From NCBI GenBank assembly GCA_016703125.1, contig JADJCR010000008.1, positions 113,396 to 177,395 on the forward strand: 64,000 nt of DNA, in the 5' to 3' direction. The DNA is from Micrococcales bacterium (GTDB taxonomy: Bacteria > Actinomycetota > Actinomycetes > S36-B12 > UBA10799). The notes below the pieces were generated by a model. That model did no database searches, was not told where the DNA came from, and saw only the letters and a list, made by a program, of their open reading frames with translations. A program made the position numbers and the translations under genes. Positions 56,480 to 64,000 of this stretch are shown here, piece after piece (the stretch's first letter is position 1; each line of letters starts with the position of its first letter).

Positions 56480-59400
56480 CGGATGATCTCCGCGTCACAA
56501 TTGGCGCGCACCCGGTCGATGCGTTTGGCGATCTCGGGGGTGACCTCCACGGAGTCGGCAGCGCCGGGGATCATCCGGGCGATCACCCTGGCCTCACCGT
56601 CGATGACCACGGTGGTCTTGGCGAAGAACTGCGGCAGTTCCTGGTAGCAGGTCCCGCAGTCGTTGCACAAACCCTCGTCGGCGGGGTCGAGCCAGACCGG
56701 GCCGTGCGAGGTCTCGGCGGCCGGCGTCGCCTCGGCCGGTGCGGCGGTGCTCGCGTCGGCAGGCGCCAGGAGTCCCCCACCAGCCCCGGCCGGTGCCCGG
56801 CTGGACGTCGCCAGTTCGGACATGGCCCGCGCGATGTCGTCCAGCGAGCTCTCGCGGGCGGTGGCGGCCTCTTCGTACTTCGCGCCCAACTGCTCGAGGT
56901 CCGCTCGGTGCAGCGCGGTCAGTTGCGCCTCATGGACCCCGGACAGGTACTGCAGGGTCTGCCAGTACCGGCGCCGGTCCTCGACCAGCGACACGATGCC
57001 GTGCGAGCAGGCGACCTTGATCAGGTGCCGGTCGTCGTCGGTGGCGTAGATGAAGGGCAGGTGCTCGGCGCGCTGTTCGGCGGGCAACTCCACGTACTCG
57101 TCGATGGGCACAGCGCTGGCTTCCTCGTCGGGCGCCAGTTTCCGGAACTGCTTCTTGAACCGCACCTCGCCCAGCGCGAACTCGGCCGGTGTCAGCGGGG
57201 TGGTCAGCAGTTGCAGAGCGCCCTCGTCGTCGAGGTACTCAATCGTCTTGGTGGTCCACGTCTTGTCCGCATCGGGGTTGCCCTCGATGGAGAACCACTC
57301 GTGCATGGTCGAGCCGCGGCGCGGGTCGTGGACGAACAGCGGATGCATCCGGCTCTCGACGGCCATCCGCGCCCGCGCGTTCGACGACGATTCCGGGATG
57401 CCGTGCTCGGACCCGCAGGGGGTGTAGACGTTCATGACCGCCGGCGCCGTCCGGTACTCCAGGTACTCCAGGGTCGTCTGCAGGAAGTGCCCGTGGAACG
57501 CCGTGCTGGTCGAGCAGGCGTACACGTGGGGGTGGAAGGAGGCGAGCAGGGCGAGTTCCTTGCGCGCCTCGTGCTTGCCGGAGTGCGAGCCGCCGAAGCG
57601 GGCGAGGTCGGAGTCCTGCCCGGTGAAACTCGACGTGGACGCCTGGCCACCGGTGTTGGAGTACGCGCCCGAGTCCAGGACCAGCATCTTGACCGGGGTG
57701 TCGCTGGCCAGGATCCGGGACATCGCGCCGAACCCGATGTCGTAGCTGGCGCCGTCGCCGCCGATCGACAGGATCGTCGGCAGCAGGGCGAGTTCCTCAG
57801 GGCGGAACTTCTCCCATGACAGCGTGCGCAACTCGCGCTCGTGGCGTGCCGGGTCGTAGGCATCCTCGAGCTCGAGGGCGGCGATGCGCAGGGCCCGGAC
57901 GTCCGCGGTCATCTGCGCCGAAATCCCCTCGAAGATCCCCTTGGCCAGCGGGGAACTGTCCTGGAACAGACTGTTCACCCACGGGTCACTGTAGGAGTTG
58001 TAAGGCATGGTCGAGGCGTAGACGCTGCTGCACCCGGTGGCGTTCGCCACGACGACCGGGGACGGGCCGTTGCCCGTGGGGCCGCCCTCGTAGAGGTACA
58101 GCCGGGTCTCCAGCGTCGCGAGCGCGTCCTCGATCCGCCGGCACCGCTCGGCGTCGTCGACGGTGTTGAGTTTGTCGTGCAACGCCGTCACTAGTTCGTC
58201 GAGTTCCCGGATGTGCGCCCGCCGGCGATCGTCGGCCAGCGCATGGCTGGTGGCCATCACGAGCCGGATCGCGGTGACCTCACCGCAGCCGCGGCAGGCA
58301 CCGTGGCCACCGGTCGTGGAGTAGAAGTTGGCCCGGTCGAGCATGAGCCGCTTGAGATCGCCGTCGGCATTGGTCGAGTCCTCGAGGAACCGCGACGGCG
58401 TGTTCGGCAGTGTGGTCATGAACTCGAACCGGTCCTGCAGGGTCCCGAGGACGTCGGCGTCCTCATCGAGCGCGGTCAGGGCCCCGGGGCCGCACACGTC
58501 GATGCACTCCAGGCACCCGGTGCACTTCCACGGGTCGACCGTCGCCGAGAACAACGCCCCGGTGCCGGCCACCGAGCCTTCCATCGCGTCGAAGAACGGC
58601 CGTGTGCGGGCCACCGGGTAGGTGGCGAGTTTCGCGACCAGCAGGTCGAAGTTGCGCCGAAGGGTGGGCTGCCCCCAGTCGATGCCGGAGCCCACCTCGG
58701 CGACGACCTCGTCGAACGGCCGCGCGGTCTTGTCCTGCCGGTAGGCCTCGCGCACCTGCTCGGACAGGGTGTAGACGTGTGTGCGCAGCGCCTCTCGCTG
58801 CGGCTCGGTGATGTCGAGTGCCTTGATCCCGGTCAGGATCAGGTCGTGGATCTCGTGCACCACGTTGGGGATCGCGGCGTCCGGGCAGGCCAGGGCGCAC
58901 TCCATGCACCCGGTGCAGGTGGCGAAGTCGAACGCGGGCACGGTGCGCCGGAACAGGCCCTTGTCCTTGGCGGCTGCTGTTCCCGCGGGCATGAACAGCC
59001 CGGCCCCGGGTAGCACGGGCGCCTCGCCGATCGTGCCCTCGCGGAAGGGCCGCGCGGTGGCGTCCTCGTAGTACGCGGGGTCGAACAGCCCGACGGTGCT
59101 CGCGGCGGTGGCGCACATCTCGGCAGAGGGTGCCACGCTGTGCCGGATGGCCACCGGCGGGTCCTCGTCGATGGCGAGGAACAAGGGGGTGTCGTACTCG
59201 ACGACCTGGGTGGCTGCCATGCCCTCGCGGATGACCGCCATGTTGCCCTGGACGACCGCGTCGCCCTTGCCACCGAACTTCTTCACGATCTGGGCGCGGA
59301 CCTTCTCAGCGATGGCGTCCTCGGAGGCGCCGCCAGACACCCGGTCGACGTGGCCGACCACCGCGCCGATGAACGCGATGCCCATCATGCGGGTCTCCAG

Positions 59401-61536
59401 GTCCTCGGTGGGGGCGTTGCGCTTGGCCACGCTGAAGGCGTCGACGACCAGGAAGCGGATCCGCCGGTCGCGGATCGTGCGGCGGGCATGGCGGGGCAAC
59501 TCCCGCCACACGTCCTCTGGTGACAGGTCGGACTGCAGGATGAACGTGCCGCCCTCGACCAGGCCCTTCAGAGGGTTCGCGTGGTAGAACGCCCGGTGGT
59601 CCGGCGACACGACGACCTCGACGTCCTCGAGTTCGGCGTTGGTGAGCAGAACCGGTTCCGGGCTCAGCGTGATGTAGTAATTGGTGGGTGCGCCGCTCTT
59701 CTCCGAGCCGTACTTCGGCGCGGACTTCGAATGCATGCCCAGCACACCGGCGAGGATGTCGGTGAGCAGTTTGCCGGTGGCGATGGTGCCGTAGCCCCCG
59801 ACGGAGTGGAACCGGATCCGGATCGCGCTCGGCGGCAGCAGCACCGGATTGGGCTTGGTCTGCAAAGCCATCAATTCGGTCTCCGGGTAGGCCGACCGCA
59901 GCCGGTCCTGCACCTCGGCCATCTGCGCGGAGGCGCCCTTGGCGAAGAACTGCGAACCCAGGTAGATCAGGGGTGCGCTGTCCGGCTCGGCCATCTGCTC
60001 GAACGCGGCGATGATGTGGCGCGGCTGCACGTCGTGGCCGCCGAGGCCGAAGATGGCGGTGGTCAGCCGCGGTTGTGCAGCCAGTGCCGGGATGCCGTCG
60101 TGGCGGTCCTCGACGGCGTTGGCCGCTGCCCGGAACAGGGCCTGGGTGACCAGGCCGGTCATCGCGGTCTGGTCCGAGCGCTCCAGCACGGTGATCGCCT
60201 TTGCGCCTGCGATGGCTTCGATGAACTCGGCCTCCGGGAACGGTTGCAGGAGCTTCACCGACACCACGCCGACCTTCATCCCGCGCTCGCGCAGCACAGG
60301 CAGGACGGCCCGCACGTCGTCGGTGATCGAGCCGAGTCCGACCATGATGTAGTCGGCGTCCTCGCAGTCGTAGGCCATCACCGGCGAGTACGTGCGTCCG
60401 GTGAGCGCGGAGTACTCCGCCATCGCCTGCCGGGTGAGCTCGGGCACCGCGTTGGCGAAGTGGGTCCGGTGGTCGGCGGCGCCGGCCTGGAAGTCGGGCT
60501 GGTTCTGGACCGGACCGGTCAGCCCCGGGGTGTTGACGTCGACGAGGGCCGGCACGAGCTGGCGGGTGCCCTTCTCGTGGGCGTTGAGCCACTGCCGCCG
60601 CCACTGACCGTGCAACTCCTCGGGCACGAACGGCAGCGTGTGCTCGATCAGGTCGCCCGCGTTGTCGTGTTCGACCTGATCGGCGACCTCGTCGATGTGG
60701 GCGCCCAGCGCAGCCAGGTCAGCCGGCCGGAAGTCGTCGCGGTGGCGTTGCAGGTACTGGGTCAACTGGAACACGCGGCCCTTGGCGCCGAACAGCACGT
60801 CCTGCGCCACGGTCGGGCTCTTGATCCGGCCCGCGGGGTCTCCGAGGTACTCGCGGAGCAGTTCCGGTTCCGGCAGCGAGGCCTCGCTCAGCATGTGGCT
60901 GGTGGCGAACCCGTCCATGGCGTTGGCCACCGGGATCAGTGACAGCGCGGAGGTCCGGTAGCTGATCGCGGCCAGGTCGGCGGCCTCCTGCGGGTTGGAG
61001 CCGAACAGGATCGTGTAGCCGGCCGACAGCAGCGCGTACACGTCGTCGTGGCCGGCCATGACGTTCAGGGAGTGCTTGGAGACCACCCGGGCGGCGACCT
61101 GGAGCACGAAGCCCCCGATCTTCTTACCGACGGTCACGTAGTGTGACTCCATCGCGTAGAGGATGCCCTGGCTCGACGAGGCGTTGGAGATGAACTGGCC
61201 GCCGGTCAGCGCCGCCCCGAGCGCGCCGCTCTGGGCGGAGTGCTCGCCCTCTGGTTCGAAGAAGAAGGGGTGCTTGCCCCACACGTTCACGCCGCCCTCG
61301 GCCCGGGCCGCCTCGAAGAGTTCCGAGATCTCCGTCGAGGGGGTGATCGGGTAGCCGATGACACCACCGCACACATGGCGCATCACGTGGGCGATCGCTC
61401 CGTTGCCGTGGATCACCACCGGCTGCCCTGGGTAGGGCGGGTGCTCGATGGTCGGGGGGACGTCGGCGTCCCCCACCGCGGTTTCGCCGGCCGGGGAGCG
61501 CTCCTCGGGCCGTGTAGTCGTGTTGCTCTCGCTCAT
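56476..61536 (-). CDS. Pyruvate:ferredoxin (flavodoxin) oxidoreductase, NifJ-type single chain, extended, with a C-terminal ferredoxin-like domain
   Basis: Start at the MSESNTTTRPEE ATG (61534-61536) behind GGAGGGAAGGTGAGG. YPITPSTEISE; two-cluster ferredoxin domain CTGCMECALACPDAAI / CTGCLECIDVCGPGAL; TPP motif GGDGASYDIGFGAMS...LDSGAYSNTGGQ. Tail LCNDCGTCYQELPQFF. About 1686 aa. Confidence 0.9.
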   Translation of the reverse strand: MSESNTTTRPEERSPAGETAVGDADVPPTIEHPPYPGQPVVIHGNGAIAHVMRHVCGGVIGYPITPSTEISELFEAARAEGGVNVWGKHPFFFEPEGEHSAQSGALGAALTGGQFISNASSSQGILYAMESHYVTVGKKIGGFVLQVAARVVSKHSLNVMAGHDDVYALLSAGYTILFGSNPQEAADLAAISYRTSALSLIPVANAMDGFATSHMLSEASLPEPELLREYLGDPAGRIKSPTVAQDVLFGAKGRVFQLTQYLQRHRDDFRPADLAALGAHIDEVADQVEHDNAGDLIEHTLPFVPEELHGQWRRQWLNAHEKGTRQLVPALVDVNTPGLTGPVQNQPDFQAGAADHRTHFANAVPELTRQAMAEYSALTGRTYSPVMAYDCEDADYIMVGLGSITDDVRAVLPVLRERGMKVGVVSVKLLQPFPEAEFIEAIAGAKAITVLERSDQTAMTGLVTQALFRAAANAVEDRHDGIPALAAQPRLTTAIFGLGGHDVQPRHIIAAFEQMAEPDSAPLIYLGSQFFAKGASAQMAEVQDRLRSAYPETELMALQTKPNPVLLPPSAIRIRFHSVGGYGTIATGKLLTDILAGVLGMHSKSAPKYGSEKSGAPTNYYITLSPEPVLLTNAELEDVEVVVSPDHRAFYHANPLKGLVEGGTFILQSDLSPEDVWRELPRHARRTIRDRRIRFLVVDAFSVAKRNAPTEDLETRMMGIAFIGAVVGHVDRVSGGASEDAIAEKVRAQIVKKFGGKGDAVVQGNMAVIREGMAATQVVEYDTPLFLAIDEDPPVAIRHSVAPSAEMCATAASTVGLFDPAYYEDATARPFREGTIGEAPVLPGAGLFMPAGTAAAKDKGLFRRTVPAFDFATCTGCMECALACPDAAIPNVVHEIHDLILTGIKALDITEPQREALRTHVYTLSEQVREAYRQDKTARPFDEVVAEVGSGIDWGQPTLRRNFDLLVAKLATYPVARTRPFFDAMEGSVAGTGALFSATVDPWKCTGCLECIDVCGPGALTALDEDADVLGTLQDRFEFMTTLPNTPSRFLEDSTNADGDLKRLMLDRANFYSTTGGHGACRGCGEVTAIRLVMATSHALADDRRRAHIRELDELVTALHDKLNTVDDAERCRRIEDALATLETRLYLYEGGPTGNGPSPVVVANATGCSSVYASTMPYNSYSDPWVNSLFQDSSPLAKGIFEGISAQMTADVRALRIAALELEDAYDPARHERELRTLSWEKFRPEELALLPTILSIGGDGASYDIGFGAMSRILASDTPVKMLVLDSGAYSNTGGQASTSSFTGQDSDLARFGGSHSGKHEARKELALLASFHPHVYACSTSTAFHGHFLQTTLEYLEYRTAPAVMNVYTPCGSEHGIPESSSNARARMAVESRMHPLFVHDPRRGSTMHEWFSIEGNPDADKTWTTKTIEYLDDEGALQLLTTPLTPAEFALGEVRFKKQFRKLAPDEEASAVPIDEYVELPAEQRAEHLPFIYATDDDRHLIKVACSHGIVSLVEDRRRYWQTLQYLSGVHEAQLTALHRADLEQLGAKYEEAATARESSLDDIARAMSELATSSRAPAGAGGGLLAPADASTAAPAEATPAAETSHGPVWLDPADEGLCNDCGTCYQELPQFFAKTTVVIDGEARVIARMIPGAADSVEVTPEIAKRIDRVRANCDAEIIR

Positions 61537-61569
61537 GGCCTCACCTTCCCTCCGAGTATCCCACCGAAG

Positions 61570-61585
61570 CGACCTGAACAGGTCG
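61570..61585. promoter_or_regulatory. Perfect 16-bp palindrome in the PFOR leader
   Basis: CGACCTGAACAGGTCG, about 35-50 nt upstream of the PFOR start codon. Confidence 0.4.
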
Positions 61586-61652
61586 GTTGGGATGCGGTCG
61601 TCCGCCCCGGCGTTCGCTTGGCGAGGCCCCCTCCGGACCGGTCGTGACGACG

Positions 61653-61875
61653 ATGCTGGCAGGACCGGCGCAGCGTGCACTCGTTGTCCCGCTCTGGTTC
61701 GCCGCGACGAGCGCGCCGGACCATCTCGCCTACCCGCCGACGCCGCCGAGGTGGCAGACACGGGTGCGGCTTCGGGATGAAATGGGGGGACCGAGGGTGC
61801 AAAGGGGTGGCGCAACTGAGTGAGGAGGATCTGGGGCTCGCGATCGTGCAATGGGGAAGGGGGTGTATTGGGTGA
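61653..61875 (+). pseudogene. Second copy of the small ORF family (paralog of 53181..53443), one frameshift as assembled
   Basis: MLAGPAQRALVVPLWFAATSAPDHLAYPPTPPRWQTRVRLRDEMGG, then after a G-run near 61771-61775 ...DRGCKGVAQLSEEDLGLAIVQWGRGCIG* (ORFs 61587..61823 and 61675..61875). Confidence 0.5.
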
Positions 61876-62062
61876 ACGGGTTTCGCAAGCCGGTCAGGCG
61901 TAGAAGCGGGTGCCTACATCAGTCAGCGGTGCGTCACCCACTGACTGCGATGGCGACTGGAGCGAGCCACTCCGGACTCCAGGGACTCCCTTCTACAGTG
62001 GTGACAGACGCAGCGGGGAACGGGGCGAACAAGTGGTCAACGCGGACATCTTCTTGCCGTTA

Positions 62063-62080
62063 GTAATGCAATTGCATTAC
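62063..62080. promoter_or_regulatory. Perfect 18-bp palindrome, candidate PrlF/YhaV operator
   Basis: GTAATGCAATTGCATTAC, AT-rich, 32 nt upstream of the prlF ATG, with the AAGGAGAG RBS in between. Confidence 0.65.
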
Positions 62081-62111
62081 CGTAGATGTAGGTTTCCCGA
62101 AGGAGAGTCGA

Positions 62112-62429
62112 ATGCCCACCCCGATCATCGAGGCGGAGTCCACACTGACCGACCGCTATCAGACAACGATCCCTGAACCGGTTCGCCGTGCCCTCGGCCT
62201 GGGTAAGCGCGACGCTCTCATTTACACCGTGCTCGATGACGGCTCCGTGCGAATCTCCCGCGCCAACGAAGACCCCACACTTGCCCCGTTCCTCGTTCTG
62301 CTCGCAGAAGACATTGCCCTTCACCCCGAGCACCTGAAAGTCGTTCCCGATAGTCTGCTGCAACGTATCGACGACTTGGTTGGCGGAATGGACGTCGACC
62401 TTGACGCCCCGCTTGATGAAGACGATTGA
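62112..62429 (+). CDS. prlF: Type II antitoxin, PrlF (SohA) family, AbrB/SpoVT-type DNA-binding domain
   Basis: ESTLTDRYQTTIPEPVRRALGLGKRDALIYTVLDDGSVRI with an acidic tail ...DVDLDAPLDEDD. Confidence 0.85.
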   Translation: MPTPIIEAESTLTDRYQTTIPEPVRRALGLGKRDALIYTVLDDGSVRISRANEDPTLAPFLVLLAEDIALHPEHLKVVPDSLLQRIDDLVGGMDVDLDAPLDEDD

Positions 62430-62908
62430 TGGGGGCCACGGGGGTTGTTGTCAACGGGTGGGTGATCGTCGCCCACCCGTTGTTCCTCGCGCAGGTGGAA
62501 GCGCTCATCGCGCAGGTGACAGCCGCGAGGGAGCGCTACCCCGAGACATACCAGCGAAAGCCTGCGGCCAAACGGTTGGCTGCCATCCGAAAACTCGCCT
62601 TCAACGACATCCCCTCCGACCCAGGCCACGCACGGTACCGGCTGGGTAACACGATGGGGGGCGACTACCGGTTCTGGCGTCGGGCCAAGTTCTTCGAGCG
62701 GTATCGCTTGTTCTTCCGGTACCACGAGAGCGAACGGGTGATCGTCCTTGCCTGGGTGAACGATTCGTCGTCTCTGCGGGAACGCGGTTCCAAGTCCGAC
62801 GCCTACAGCGTGTTTGAAAGCATGCTGGGCCGCGGCAAGCCCCCCGCCACGTGGAAGGAACTCCTGGCTGAGTCGCAGTCAGCCGAACCCCTTGCGCCGC
62901 CGGGGTAA
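62429..62908 (+). CDS. yhaV: Type II toxin, YhaV-family ribonuclease
   Basis: VNGWVIVAHPLFLAQVEALI...FFERYRLFFRYHESERVIVLAWVNDSSSLRERGSKSDAYSVF. The ATG overlaps the prlF TGA; the ORF track uses the TTG at 62426. Confidence 0.8.
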   Translation: MGATGVVVNGWVIVAHPLFLAQVEALIAQVTAARERYPETYQRKPAAKRLAAIRKLAFNDIPSDPGHARYRLGNTMGGDYRFWRRAKFFERYRLFFRYHESERVIVLAWVNDSSSLRERGSKSDAYSVFESMLGRGKPPATWKELLAESQSAEPLAPPG

Positions 62909-63187
62909 CGCTGGATAGTCACCCCCGCCACACCCAGCAACGCGACGATGCTGCCGTGGACGTTCCGGCGGCGCACCTGATGTTCAACCCCGGAGTGCCC
63001 CGGTCATCGGCTACCACTCGTTATTGACGGTGAGCGGCCATGACCCGACCTCGTTTGTTGAGGGTGCAACGCCGTTTCTGCAGCGGTGGCGCCCCACCGG
63101 TGGGCTTGCCGATGTCGATTGATGACGCCCTGGTCAGAAGTGCATCTGAGTTCGACAAAGGTCTGGTGTTCGTCACGCCGATAGCGG

Positions 63188-63261
63188 TGGCCAGGGGCGG
63201 GGTCGAACCGCCGACCTTCCGATTTTCAGTCGGACGCTCGTACCAACTGAGCTACCTGGCC
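63188..63261 (-). tRNA. tRNA-Phe (GAA)
   Basis: Hand-folded cloverleaf: acceptor GGCCAGG/CCTGGCC, anticodon arm TCCGA-CTGAAAA-TCGGA, T arm GGCGG-TTCGACC-CCGCC, discriminator A. CCA is not encoded. Confidence 0.9.
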
Positions 63262-63284
63262 GATTGAGTCCGAGTGGACTCGAG

Positions 63285-63357
63285 CGACCCCGACCGGGCT
63301 CGAACCGGCGACCTCCGCCGTGACAGGGCGGCGCGCTAACCAACTGCGCTATGGGCC
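63285..63357 (-). tRNA. tRNA-Asp (GUC); the 5' acceptor strand reads one base short
   Basis: D arm GCGC-AGTTGGTTA-GCGC, anticodon arm CCGCC-CTGTCAC-GGCGG, T arm GCCGG-TTCGAGC-CCGGT, 3' acceptor CGGGGTC. Only GGCCCA precedes the TA at positions 8-9, so the stem pairs properly only if the C-run has one more C. Confidence 0.8.
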
Positions 63358-63390
63358 TTACTGGATCAGCGGACTGATCCTGGTACTGCG

Positions 63391-63463
63391 TGCCCCCAAC
63401 GGGATTCGAACCGGCGCTGCCGCCTTGAAAGGGCGGAGTCCTAGGCCGCTAGACGACGGGGAC
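63391..63463 (-). tRNA. tRNA-Glu (UUC)
   Basis: Acceptor GTCCCCG/TGGGGGC, anticodon arm CCGCC-CTTTCAA-GGCGG, T loop TTCGAAT. One C:C mismatch in the T stem as read. Confidence 0.85.
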
Positions 63464-63825
63464 CTGGGTCCTCGGGCCGTCTGCCGTCGAGGGCTTTCTC
63501 ATGGTACCCGAGAGGTGCACCCGCGAAACAGCCCCTCCCCGACAGTCTCGACCGCGAGGTCGGAGTCCGTTCACCGGGTTGGAGGAGCCACGCATGGTTT
63601 CTCCAACCTCGTGCGGGTTCTCCAACGCCAGGCAACAGCACGGCCGCGCCACCGCACACCCCCACCCCCTACGGTGAGCGCCATGCACGTGCGCGCAGGG
63701 ACGGTGGAGGCCCTGAGCCCTGCGCGTGAGATTCTTGAACCGTCGGCCCACGGGCAGCGCACGGTGGCGGCTGAGGGCGGTTGGTTCAAGGATGTGGTTG
63801 CGCTGTTGCGCAGGGAGTTGACGTT

Positions 63826-64000
63826 GTGAGTCTCAAGGAGTTCCTGCAGACGCGGGAGGAAGAACTGATCTCCTTCCGGCGGGATCTGCACGTCCACCCC
63901 GAGCTCTCCGCACAGGAGACCCGCACCACGGCGTCCATCGTGCGCCGGCTGCAGGTCGCTGGGCTGGAGCCCAAGGTGCTCAACTGCGGCACCGGGCTGG
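63826..64000 (+). CDS. M20-family amidohydrolase (N-acyl-amino-acid amidohydrolase/hippurate-hydrolase-like), 5' part, runs off the window
   Basis: GTG start, VSLKEFLQTREEELISFRRDLHVHPELSAQETRTTASIVRRLQVAGLEP... Confidence 0.65.
   Translation, partial: MSLKEFLQTREEELISFRRDLHVHPELSAQETRTTASIVRRLQVAGLEPKVLNCGTGL

Noticed and set aside
61537-61851. 105-codon N-terminal extension of the PFOR ORF
   Set aside because: Pro/Arg/Ser-rich non-coding-like sequence that overlaps the divergent small ORF. PFOR similarity and a strong RBS begin at 61536.
62909-63187. Looked for an integrase remnant or att site next to tRNA-Phe
   Set aside because: No recognisable integrase or recombinase peptide in any frame, and no obvious repeat of the tRNA 3' end by eye. 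A mobile-island call is therefore left unproven.
63040-63267. 75-aa ORF on the plus strand
   Set aside because: Its 3' part is the complement of tRNA-Phe. There is no coding support.

Overview
Very GC-rich actinobacterial-type chromosomal DNA; third codon positions are almost all G/C, and there is a Glu-Asp-Phe tRNA cluster. Many long antisense ORFs in the six-frame track are compositional artefacts. Positions 1-38 kb hold metabolism and envelope genes. These are a ferredoxin-reductase-type flavoprotein, then a rare-sugar locus in which the ROK regulator and the sugar-binding protein have been truncated by one deletion; that locus also has an ABC permease, an ATPase, a psicose/tagatose-epimerase-like isomerase and an FGGY kinase. 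Next come a 2-hydroxyacyl-CoA-dehydratase-type operon with its activase, secreted hydrolases and a large beta-helix protein, PEP carboxylase, a MalT-like LuxR regulator, an OYE reductase and PBP4. Positions 38.6-63.5 kb look like a tRNA-proximal accessory/defence region. In order it holds a RecQ-like helicase, toxin-antitoxin debris, a type I Wadjet system (jetABCD), and a divergently transcribed five-gene module. That module encodes a large repeat/OB/coiled-coil protein, a MoxR-type AAA+ ATPase, a vWA protein with a metallopeptidase-like domain, a Cys/His-rich protein and a small ORF. It is followed by an unusually long pyruvate:ferredoxin oxidoreductase with a fused ferredoxin tail, translationally coupled to a fused NfnB-NfnA-like reductase, then a PrlF/YhaV toxin-antitoxin pair with a perfect palindromic operator, and tRNA-Glu/Asp/Phe. 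The MoxR/vWA module next to Wadjet is my best candidate for an undescribed conflict system. As assembled it is riddled with single-base frameshifts, almost all missing bases, usually in or beside G/C runs. The same error type appears in other genes and apparently in tRNA-Asp, so consensus error versus real decay must be settled first. No CRISPR array, rRNA, integrase or transposase was seen.
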